Origin: an uncultured Actinomycetota bacterium
GTDB lineage: Bacteria > Actinomycetota > Actinomycetes > CAVWCF01
Length of the DNA stretch: 64,000 nt
Assembly (NCBI GenBank): GCA_963753435.1
Contig: CAVWCF010000001.1
Coordinates: 448,001 to 512,000, forward strand
Reading direction: 5' to 3'
Shown: piece after piece, positions 45,272-53,859 of the stretch
Layout: each line of letters begins with the position of its first letter
Position numbering within the stretch: position 1 is the stretch's first letter
The notes under the pieces: model-generated
Told to the model about the DNA's origin: nothing
Seen by the model: the letters and a program-made list of their open reading frames with translations, nothing else
Database searches by the model: none
Position numbers and translations under genes: made by a program

Positions 45272-45562
45272 CTAGCGGTAGTCGGCCGAGCGCAGGCCGC
45301 CGGCGTAGGAGGCCACGTCCGCGAGGATCCCCAGGCCGACCATGAAGACGCCGAACCCGCTGACCCCGCCGATCGGCGCATAGACCAGCACGTACATGAG
45401 GGAGGTCCAGGGGGCGAACAGCAGTCCGAGCAGCGGCCACCAGAACAGGCCGTCGAATGGGTCGGCGGCAAACGCCACCGTGACTCGATCTCCGAAGATC
45501 CAGACGAGCAGGAAGACCAAACGGGGTCCAACGACTGCCGAACACGCCAGCAAGCAACACAT
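45272..45562 (-). CDS. Small membrane protein
   Basis: GPRL..., WPLLGLLFAPWT and GILADVASY; TAGCCT 6 nt before the ATG. Confidence 0.75.
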   Translation of the reverse strand: MCCLLACSAVVGPRLVFLLVWIFGDRVTVAFAADPFDGLFWWPLLGLLFAPWTSLMYVLVYAPIGGVSGFGVFMVGLGILADVASYAGGLRSADYR

Positions 45563-45583
45563 GGCCGCAGGCTAGGGCAGAGG

Positions 45584-47672
45584 TCAGGCGTCGATCCGGC
45601 TTCGATCCAAATCGCCGGCCCCGGCCACGATGAAATCGCGACGAGGCGCAACGTCGGAGCCCATCAGCAGGTCGAACGAGGCCGCGGCCGCCTCCGCGTC
45701 GGCCGCGGTGATGCGACGCAGCGTCCGCCCGGGCCCCATCGTCGTCTCCCGAAGTTGGGCCGCGTCCATCTCACCAAGACCCTTGTAGCGCTGTACCGGT
45801 TGCCGCACCCGGACGTTTCGCTTGTCCAGGTCCTTCAGCGTGCGCGTCAGCTCGGCGTCGGAGTAGGTGTAGCGGACCTCGGTCTTGCGGCCGCTGACCA
45901 CCTCCAGTCGATGCAGCGGCGGGACCGCCGCGTACACGCGGCCATCGGCCAGCAGCGGCTGCATCGTCCGGTGGATGAGCGTCAGCAGCAGGCAGCGGAT
46001 GTGTGCGCCGTCAACATCGGCGTCGGTCATGATGATGATGCGGCCGTACCGGACCGAGTCCAGGTCGAAAGTGCGCCCGGAACCGCCCCCGATGACCTGG
46101 ATGATGGACGCGCACTCGGCGTTCTTGAGCATGTCCGCTGCTGAGGACTTCTGGACGTTCAGAATCTTGCCGCGGATGGGCAGCAACGCCTGGAACTCGC
46201 TGTTTCGAGCGAGTTTGGCCGTGCCCAGCGCCGAATCCCCCTCGACGATGAACAGTTCGCTCCGCTCCACATCGTCCGAACGGCAGTCCGCCAACTTGGC
46301 CGGCAGGGCCGAAGTCTCCAGGGCGTTCTTGCGTCGCTGCAGTTCGCGGTGCTGCCGCGCCGCCAACCTCGTGCGGGCGGCGGTCACAACCTTCTCCAGA
46401 ACCGCACGCGCTGCCGCCTTGTCCGCGCGTTTGGTGCTGCATCAGGAAGGCGTCCAGCTCCTTGCCCACAACCCTGGCGACGATTCGCGAGACGGCTGCT
46501 GTCCCAAGCACCTCTTTGGTCTGACCCTCGAACTGCGGTTCGGGGAATCGGACGGTGACGACTGCGGTCAATCCCTCCAGAACGTCGTCCTTGATGACGG
46601 CGGCATCCCCGCTCTTGAGCAGTCGGACCGCGCGCAGCCCGTCGTTGAGGCTCTTGACCAGGGCCCGCTCGAACCCAGCCAGGTGGGTGCCGCCCTTAGG
46701 CGTAGCGATGATGTTGACGAACGAACGGACCGTGCTGTCATAGCCCACTCCCCAGCGCAGGGCGACATCCACGTTCACCTCGCGTTCGACTTCTGTGGGC
46801 ACCATGTGCCCCTTGCCGTCGAGGACCGGAACGGTTTCGTGGAAGTGACCCAAGCCGGACAGACGGATCACGCGACTGACGGGTTCGTCTGGGCTGAGCA
46901 CCTCGCAGAACTCCTCGATGCCCCCGGAGTGATGGAAGGACTCCGCCACGACGTCCGTGCCCCGCTCGTCCCGGACGTGGATCGTGAGGTCAGGTACCAG
47001 GTACGACGTCTGCTGGGCCCGGCGCAGAATCTCGGCCAGGTCGACTTCCGCGTCCGGCAGGAACACCTGCCGGTCGGGCCACCAACGGATTCGGGTCCCG
47101 GTGCGCGACCGCGGGGCTTTGCCGGCTTCGCGCAGCCCCGGCCGCTCGACGAAGAGGTCATCCGGTCCGTCCCCGGCGTACTCCCCCGGCAACCCGCGGT
47201 GGAAACTCATCGTGTACGTCTTGGAGTTGCGCTGCACCCAAACGTCCAGTCGCTCCGACAGCGCGTTCACCACCGACGCGCCGACGCCGTGCAGTCCGCC
47301 GGAGGCGGCATACGACCCGTTACCGAATTTCCCGCCCGCGTGCAGACGGGTCATCACGAGCTCAACACCGGTCAGCCCGCTTCGGGACTCCACGTCGACC
47401 GGGATACCCCGGCCGTCGTCGGCGACCTCGATCGAGCCGTTGGGGTGCAGGGTGATGTCGATACGCGAGCAGTGGCCGTCGAGCGCCTCGTCGACGGAGT
47501 TGTCGATGATCTCCCACAGGCAGTGGGCCAGCCCCCGGGCGTCGGTGGAACCGATGTACATGCCCGGTCGCTTGCGGACCGCTTCCAGGCCCTCCAGCAC
47601 CGTCAGGTGTTCGGCCGTGTAGTCACCCTTGGCCGACTTGCTACGCCGCTTCTGAGCGGGCTGGGCAGTCAC
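45584..47672 (-). CDS. parE: DNA topoisomerase IV subunit B, with one +1 frameshift near 46440
   Basis: LEGLEAVRKRPGMYIG, EIIDNSVDE and LHAGGKF in one frame; KLADC, VEGDSA, DADVDG and RYKGLGEM in another; junction CTG ATGC AGC ACC has one extra base. Confidence 0.9.
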
Positions 47673-47819
47673 GGCGGCTCCGACACGATGGCGTTGCGGG
47701 CGGCTTTCTGGGCGGTGGCCCCCTGCGTGGGGCCTTCGCGAGGGTACCCGCGGCTGCGGTAACGATCTCGTCACGGCGCGCGGTGCGCGTCAGCCCAGGG
47801 CGAACCGGCGCGTCCATTC

Positions 47820-47845
47820 GGCATACCAGGAGCGAACTGCTGGTT
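47820..47845 (+). promoter_or_regulatory. Possible SigR/SigH-like ECF promoter
   Basis: GGCAT-N18-GTT, 32 bp upstream of the 47878 gene; same motif as upstream of DUF4193. Confidence 0.35.
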
Positions 47846-47877
47846 GACTATGCCAACTGGCCCTAAGGAGAGCGCCC

Positions 47878-48102
47878 GTGAACACCGTGCTGGCACAGAC
47901 GCCGCTCACCAACGCTGACCGCTGCGACCGTTGTGGTGCGCAGGCGTACGCGCGGGTGGTCCTCGCTGACGGCGAGTTGCTGTTCTGCGCCCACCACATG
48001 CGCAAGCACCGCAATCAACTTGAGGCCCTCGCCGTGCGGATCGATGACCAGTCCGAGCGGTTGAGCCAGACACCTGGTGTCGCTGCGCCCGACGAGCGCT
48101 GA
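47878..48102 (+). CDS. Small conserved actinobacterial Cys/His protein (DUF7455-like)
   Basis: LT.ADRCDRCGAQAY...ELLFCAHH; SD AAGGAG; usual neighbour of parE. Confidence 0.88.
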   Translation: MNTVLAQTPLTNADRCDRCGAQAYARVVLADGELLFCAHHMRKHRNQLEALAVRIDDQSERLSQTPGVAAPDER

Positions 48103-48119
48103 GCAGTCTCCCCGTTTCG

Positions 48120-48920
48120 ATGAGCACGCCGCAGGTGCCGCCCGGCTGGTACCCGGATCCGGGCGACCCGGCTCGAACCCGGTGGTGGGACGGCTACGGC
48201 TGGACCGATCGAACGCAACCGCCGCCGTATGCCGGTACCTACGCCGCTCCCGGTGGTCCGGCAATGCCAGCCCAACCCAATCCGGCCGCGGCCGGGTACC
48301 CACCAGCTGCGGGCTACCCGCCGGCGCCCGGCTACGGGGGCGCTGCTCAGTGGCAGCAGCCCGGGCCGCTGGGCCCGACCGGCGTCCCGCTCGCCTCGTT
48401 CTGGCGCCGTCTCGGCGGCTACCTGATCGACCAGTTGATCCTGGCGGTGCCGACAACCCTGATCGCCATCCCAATCGTCCTTCCGACCATCGGCGACCTG
48501 GTCCGTGAGATCGACGCCAACTCAGATCGCCTGGACCCCAACAGCCCTGCCTACGACCCGGACTACCTGACCACGCTGTTCGACGGGCAGTTCTTCGCCA
48601 GCCTGGCGCTGATCGCTGTTGTGTCTTTGGCCATCAGCGCCGCCTACTGGATCATCGCCATCGGCCGATTCGGCCGCACCGTCGGCGGTCTGGCTGTCGG
48701 TGTGCGCGCCATCGACGTGAACGGAGCCCTACCCGGGTACGGCCGAGCAACGGTTCGCTGGGCGGTCCCGGCCAGCACCAACCTGCTGGGATTCATCCCG
48801 TTCGTCGGCTTCGTGGGCGCCCTGCTGCAACTGCTGATCTACCTGTGGATGCTGTGGGATCCGCAGCGGCAGGGACTGCATGACAAGGCGGCTGGGACCT
48901 ACGTAATCCTCGACCGCTAG
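48120..48920 (+). CDS. RDD family membrane protein with N-terminal DUF2510
   Basis: PPGWYPDP...RWWDG..WT, Pro-rich linker with GYPPAA repeats, [13 protein letters not shown] and [12 protein letters not shown]. Confidence 0.9.
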   Translation: MSTPQVPPGWYPDPGDPARTRWWDGYGWTDRTQPPPYAGTYAAPGGPAMPAQPNPAAAGYPPAAGYPPAPGYGGAAQWQQPGPLGPTGVPLASFWRRLGGYLIDQLILAVPTTLIAIPIVLPTIGDLVREIDANSDRLDPNSPAYDPDYLTTLFDGQFFASLALIAVVSLAISAAYWIIAIGRFGRTVGGLAVGVRAIDVNGALPGYGRATVRWAVPASTNLLGFIPFVGFVGALLQLLIYLWMLWDPQRQGLHDKAAGTYVILDR

Positions 48921-48924
48921 GCAC

Positions 48925-49636
48925 TCAGGCGATCGCGGTAGTCCAGCGCCAGTTCGATCATCTCGCTGAACGTCTCCTGACGTTCCGTGGCGGAGGTCTC
49001 TCCTCTGGTCAGCAGGTTGTCCGAGATGGTGCAGATGGACAGGGCCCGGACGCCGAACTGCGCCGCCAGCGTGAACAGCGCCGAGGCTCTCCATCTCCAC
49101 GGCCATGACGCCCCACTTGCCCAGGTACACGGTGGCATCGAAGTCACCGTAGAAGAGGTCGGTGCTGTAAACGCCCCCGACCTTGACGTCGATGTTCGCG
49201 CTCCTGGGCACTCCGGTAGGCAGCTCCAGGAGGCCGAAGTCGGACAGAGGCGGCATAGTCGATCAGGCCCAAATCGACGCCGGTTCGTACTGGAGTCGCT
49301 GCTGGCACCTTGCGCGATGACGACGTCGCGGACGTGGACGTCCGCAGCGGAACCCGCCGGCGGTCCCGACCCGGATCGCCGTCCGAACGCCGTACTCGGC
49401 GATCAGTTCCTGGACGTAGATCGAGATCGAGGGGATGCCCATGCCCGGTGCCCATGACGGACACCGGCACGCCTTCGTAGGTGCCGGTGAAGCCAAGCAT
49501 GTTGCGAACGTCGAGTTGAACTGAACGGGATCGGTGCAGGAAGTTGTCGGCGATCCATTGCGCACGCAGCGGATCACCGGCAAGGAGGATTCGCTCGGCG
49601 ATTTCTCCGTACTTCGCGCGCGATGTGAGTGCTCAT
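48925..49636 (-). pseudogene. deoD: Purine-nucleoside phosphorylase DeoD, broken by about 10-11 single-base indels (probably consensus errors)
   Basis: Pieces read across frames: [67 protein letters not shown]. Confidence 0.85.
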
Positions 49637-49650
49637 CTGCGGAGCCTACG

Positions 49651-50307
49651 TCAAGCGGTCTCGATCGGCGTCGAGGAAGCCGCGAACGCAGGATGCGTGA
49701 CGACCTCTTCGTCGGAAACCTGGGTGAAGTCCACGTAGAACCGCCCGATCGCGTCAAACGGCTGTGGCGTGTAGGCCGCCACCACCTCGTCCGCTTCTGC
49801 GCGCAGTTCCTCAAGCCCGTCACTTGGCGCCACCGGCACTGCCACGATCACCCTCGCCGCACCGTGCGCGCGGGCCACCCGAACCGCGGCCAGTGCAGTG
49901 GACCCCGTCGCCAGACCGTCGTCGACGATCAGCGCGACGCGGCCCGCGAGAGGTTCAACCGGCCGGACCGCCCGCAACAGGTCGGCCCGCAGGCTGATCA
50001 CCTCCTGCTGTTGGGCCGCTGCCGCAGCCACAACGGAATCGTCAAGACCCAATGACTGCAGGACGTAGCGGTTGGGCACGAAGACCCCGCCCTCACCGAC
50101 GGCGGCCATTGCCAACTCCGGCTGGGTGGGCACGCCTACTTTTCGCACGAGGATTACGTCCAGAGGGGCACCCAGGGCCTGCGCCACCGGCGCAGCCACC
50201 GGCACACCGCCCCGCGGCAGCGCCAGCACCACGACGTCCTCGCTGCGCAGCCCGCCCAGCAATTCCGCCAGCACTTGGCCGGCTTCGGTGCGATTGGCGA
50301 ACTGCAT
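49651..50307 (-). CDS. Phosphoribosyltransferase family protein
   Basis: [27 protein letters not shown] and [10 protein letters not shown]; the extreme C-terminus may be affected by an indel. Confidence 0.88.
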   Translation of the reverse strand: MQFANRTEAGQVLAELLGGLRSEDVVVLALPRGGVPVAAPVAQALGAPLDVILVRKVGVPTQPELAMAAVGEGGVFVPNRYVLQSLGLDDSVVAAAAAQQQEVISLRADLLRAVRPVEPLAGRVALIVDDGLATGSTALAAVRVARAHGAARVIVAVPVAPSDGLEELRAEADEVVAAYTPQPFDAIGRFYVDFTQVSDEEVVTHPAFAASSTPIETA

Positions 50308-50314
50308 GTTCGGC

Positions 50315-51178
50315 CTAGAAGACCCGGGTCAACGCGACCCGCGAAAAGGCGACGGCGCGACCGCCGCCGTCCACCACGCCACGGACCGGCGCCACATCGA
50401 AGTAGTCCCGACCGGTCCCGACGCGGACGTGCTGGGCCCCGACCGGACGACCGTTCGTCGGGTCCAGGTCAACCCAGTCGCCAAGCCAGGCCTGCACCCA
50501 GGCGTGGCTCTCCCCGATCACCGCCTCGCCGATCGCGGGTTCAGCCTGCGGGTGCAGGTAGCCGGACACGTAGCGGGCCGGGATGCCCAACTCCCGCAGC
50601 AGGGCCAGGCCCACGTGCGCGAAGTCCTGGCACACCCCCATCCCCGCCTTCAGCGCCTCCAGGCCCGTCGTGTGCACCTCGGTGACACCCGGTTCGTAGG
50701 CCAGTTCCTCGCGAATCCAGTCCGACGCCGCCTGCACTGCTTCCGCGGGCGCCAGTTCCCTCCGGAAACCTTCGGCAACTCCGGAAAGGCGGCCGTCCAC
50801 GGACGTGTACTTCGTCAGCGTCAGGTACTCCAGGAAGTTGCGACGCAGGTCTGGCTCGCTCAGGTCGGCCCAGTCGATCACCGCGCTCGGTCCGGGCCGA
50901 TCCGGGCTGGCCTCGACCAGCGCGGAGTTCGTGATCGTGAGCACCGTGTGCGGTGCGGTGATCTCGACCACGTGGACGGTAGAGCCGAAATAGTCGGTGT
51001 ACTCGCGGACCCATGCGACCGGATCGACGGTGAGCCGCGAATCCAGGACCGTCTGCCCGACACCGGCCTTGGGCGTCATCCGCAACTCGTTGTAGGAGGA
51101 GGAGACCTGCGACTCGTACTGGAACACCGTCTCGTGACGGATCGACAAACGACTGATGCCCGAGCCCACGTTGCTCAT
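50315..51178 (-). CDS. Transglutaminase-like protein with Bact_transglu_N domain
   Basis: IRHET.F.Y, GVCQDFAH, ARYVSGY, SHAW and DPTN (Cys-His-Asp triad). Confidence 0.92.
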   Translation of the reverse strand: MSNVGSGISRLSIRHETVFQYESQVSSSYNELRMTPKAGVGQTVLDSRLTVDPVAWVREYTDYFGSTVHVVEITAPHTVLTITNSALVEASPDRPGPSAVIDWADLSEPDLRRNFLEYLTLTKYTSVDGRLSGVAEGFRRELAPAEAVQAASDWIREELAYEPGVTEVHTTGLEALKAGMGVCQDFAHVGLALLRELGIPARYVSGYLHPQAEPAIGEAVIGESHAWVQAWLGDWVDLDPTNGRPVGAQHVRVGTGRDYFDVAPVRGVVDGGGRAVAFSRVALTRVF

Positions 51179-52107
51179 GCCTGTGCCTCCGCGGACCATC
51201 GCACCGGGGCGATCTGCCGGAAGAACCGGTTGGCGATTGCCTCGTGGGTGTCCCCCAGGGACTGCTGCAGTTCCTCAAGCACTTTCAGCACCGAACCGGC
51301 ACCCGGGGACAGCACCGAGTAGGCGATCCGCGCCCGGGCCGCACCCAGAACACGGCTCGCCTCGCCGCCCATGCCGATGCGGCTTTCGGCCGGCTCCAAC
51401 TCACTCAGCACCTCGCCGGCCCTGTCGACGGTGTGCAGTAGCGACCGCGGGAACAGGCGATCGGACATCAGGAACTCCGCCACCTCAGCGCTGTCCAGGT
51501 GCCCGCGGTAGGCACGCAAGTAGGCCTCGTGCCCGCCGCAGGAGCGCAGCAACAGCGCCAGATCGGTTCGCTGGCTCTGTTGGGCGGCGAGCAGCCTGGC
51601 GGTCATGTCCGCGCGTTCCAGGCTGCGGCCCAGTACCAGGAACCGCCAACCGTCGTCGCGGCTCATGGTCGCCTCGATGTGGCCGCCGACAAGTGCGCTG
51701 CGCGTACGGATGAAGGCGAGGAACGAGTCCGGGCCGCTCACTCGGGCCTGGGCGCGTTGGGAGGGCAGCCGCAGATGGGTCGCGTTGATGACCTCCCACA
51801 CTTCACCGGAGATCGCCTCGCGCACACCGCGGGCGTTGTCGCGCGCGTTCCTGGCACTGGCCATGATGGAACTCGGTTGAGTCTCGTCATATGCGAGCAG
51901 TTCGAGTACGTCAGCTGCCTGCAACTGCCGGGCGGGCACGTCCACGCCCATCACCTTGAGCAATCGACGGCTCGCGCGGTCCACGCCGCGCTGCCCGAGG
52001 CCGTAGAAGGACCCGTGCACGTGCGCGTCGAGGATCCGGGCGGTGCCATCAGCCCGCTCGACGTGGCGGCCGATCCAGTAGAGGGACTCCGCCATTCGGC
52101 TCAGCAT
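51175..52107 (-). CDS. Alpha-E domain protein (DUF403)
   Basis: MLSRMAESLYWIGRHVERA, ARDNAR, GRSLERAD and FPRS. Confidence 0.92.
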   Translation of the reverse strand: MLSRMAESLYWIGRHVERADGTARILDAHVHGSFYGLGQRGVDRASRRLLKVMGVDVPARQLQAADVLELLAYDETQPSSIMASARNARDNARGVREAISGEVWEVINATHLRLPSQRAQARVSGPDSFLAFIRTRSALVGGHIEATMSRDDGWRFLVLGRSLERADMTARLLAAQQSQRTDLALLLRSCGGHEAYLRAYRGHLDSAEVAEFLMSDRLFPRSLLHTVDRAGEVLSELEPAESRIGMGGEASRVLGAARARIAYSVLSPGAGSVLKVLEELQQSLGDTHEAIANRFFRQIAPVRWSAEAQA

Positions 52108-53756
52108 GGGGACCACCCTGCTGGCCGGCCCTGCTGTTGCTGCATCTGCTGCTGCTGGGAGTCGGTGTTGTCGCTCGGTCCGGTGACCGGCGCCGGCCGG
52201 TAGTCGATGTCGTCCGCTGCCAGGAGCGCCGCATCGGCCGCTTCATCATCGACGTGACCTTCGGCGGCCGGCTCGACCGCCAGCGTCCAGGTGTCCTTGC
52301 TGCCGCCGCCTTGGCTGGAGTTGACGACCAGGGACCCCTCCCGCATGGCCACCCGGGTCAGCCCGCCGGGCAGCACCCAGATCTCGTGACCGTCGTTGAT
52401 CGCGAACGGGCGCAGATCGATGTGGCGAGGCGCCAGGTTGCCGTCGATGAGTGTCGGCGCCGTGGACAGCATGACGACCGGCTGCGCAATCCAGTCCCGT
52501 GGCGATTCGAGGATCTGCAGGCGCAGCCGGTCAAGTTCCTCCTTGGTCGCCGTCGTTCCGATGACCAACCCGTGACCACCGGAAGCACCGGTCGGCTTGA
52601 TGACAAGTTCATCCAGCCGGGACAGGGCCTCGGCCCGCTGGTCGGCCTCGGCCAACCGGTACGTCTGCACGTTGTCGAGGATCGGCTTCTCGCCGAGGTA
52701 GTACTCGATCAAGTCCGGGACGTAGGTGTAGATGAGCTTGTCGTCTGCCACGCCGTTGCCGACGGCATTGGCCAAGGTGACGCTGCCGAAACGCGCTGCA
52801 TTGAGCAGGCCCGGGACGCCGAGCATGGAGTCGGCATGAAACTGCATCGGGTCCAGGTAGGCGTCATCGACACGGCGGTAGATGGTGTCGACTCGCCGCT
52901 CCCCCTCGGTCGTGCGCATGTACACGTAGCCGCCGCGAACTCGCAGATCCCGCCCTTCGACCAGTTCCACGCCCATCGCCCGAGCCAACAGGGTGTGCTC
53001 GACGTAAGCGGAGTTGTGCACGCCCGGGGTCAGCACGACCACGTTCGGCTCGTCGACTGCCGGTGCAGTCGAACGCAGTGCCGCGAGCAGGCGGGCCGGG
53101 TACTCATCGACGGGCTGGAGGGGTAGATGGCCGACCAGTTCGGGGAAGGCACGCGCCATCGCTTGCCGGTTCTCGATGACGTAGGACACCCCCGAGGGCA
53201 CGCGCACGTTGTCCTCAAGGACCCGGAACCGTCCTTCCGCATCGCGGATCAGGTCCGGTCCGGCTACGTGGATGCGTGCACCCCGCACCGGCGCGATGCC
53301 GTGGGCGGCCCGGTGGAAGTGCGGACAACTGAGCACGGCGGACCGGGGAACGATCCCCTCCTTGAGGACCTCCCCCTCCCCGTAGACGTCCGATAGGAAC
53401 ATCTCCAAGGCCCGCACCCGTTGGGCCACGCCGGCTTCTACCTCTAGCCACTCCGCGGTGGACAGCACCCGCGGGACCGGATCCAGCGGGAACGGCCGCT
53501 CCTCACCGGACAGGGAGAAGGTCACCCCTCGGTCGTGATAGGCGCTGGCCAGTGACCGCGCGCGCCGGCGCACCTCCTCTTCGCTGAGGCTGGCCAAGGC
53601 CGCAAGGACACCCTCCACCGTGGGCCGCGCGGAGCCTTCGGCGTTGATCGCCTCATCCCACGGTCGGGTCGCCGCAGGCGCGCCCGGCACGGAGTAGGCC
53701 AGGGCGGCGCTGCGGTAGGCGTCGACGAGACCGAGGTCGGGACCGGATTCGGTCAC
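52101..53756 (-). CDS. Circularly permuted type 2 ATP-grasp protein
   Basis: PLDPVPR, EDNVRVPSGVSY, NSAY.EH, IYRRVDD, GVADDK, GGLTRVA and NSSQGGGSKDTW; poly-Q tail. Confidence 0.93.
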   Translation of the reverse strand: MTESGPDLGLVDAYRSAALAYSVPGAPAATRPWDEAINAEGSARPTVEGVLAALASLSEEEVRRRARSLASAYHDRGVTFSLSGEERPFPLDPVPRVLSTAEWLEVEAGVAQRVRALEMFLSDVYGEGEVLKEGIVPRSAVLSCPHFHRAAHGIAPVRGARIHVAGPDLIRDAEGRFRVLEDNVRVPSGVSYVIENRQAMARAFPELVGHLPLQPVDEYPARLLAALRSTAPAVDEPNVVVLTPGVHNSAYVEHTLLARAMGVELVEGRDLRVRGGYVYMRTTEGERRVDTIYRRVDDAYLDPMQFHADSMLGVPGLLNAARFGSVTLANAVGNGVADDKLIYTYVPDLIEYYLGEKPILDNVQTYRLAEADQRAEALSRLDELVIKPTGASGGHGLVIGTTATKEELDRLRLQILESPRDWIAQPVVMLSTAPTLIDGNLAPRHIDLRPFAINDGHEIWVLPGGLTRVAMREGSLVVNSSQGGGSKDTWTLAVEPAAEGHVDDEAADAALLAADDIDYRPAPVTGPSDNTDSQQQQMQQQQGRPAGWSPC

Positions 53757-53813
53757 TCGCTGCCTCCCCGGCTGTCGGCTGATCAAGACGCTGAGCAGAT
53801 TAGCGGGGCAGAG

Positions 53814-53856
53814 GGGACGAAGGACTCCCGCGCGGGGCCGGGTCCGACGCAACGAT
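53814..53856 (+). promoter_or_regulatory. Possible DevR/DosR-type boxes and -10 element upstream of nifJ
   Basis: GGGAC-GAAG-GACTC at 53814 and a GGGCC half-site 21 bp later, followed by AACGAT. Confidence 0.35.
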
Positions 53857-53859
53857 GAG

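Noticed and set aside
46430-46450. Programmed ribosomal frameshift in parE
   Set aside because: No slippery heptamer or stimulatory structure seen, and other +1 errors occur in the window
42294-47672. Convergent, separated parC and parE as a novelty
   Set aside because: Non-adjacent Topo IV subunit genes are already known in Actinobacteria
48288-48335. 18-bp-period repeats in the RDD gene, and 15-bp-period repeats near 7985-8030 in rnd
   Set aside because: Degenerate coding repeats in low-complexity linkers; not CRISPR or mobile repeats
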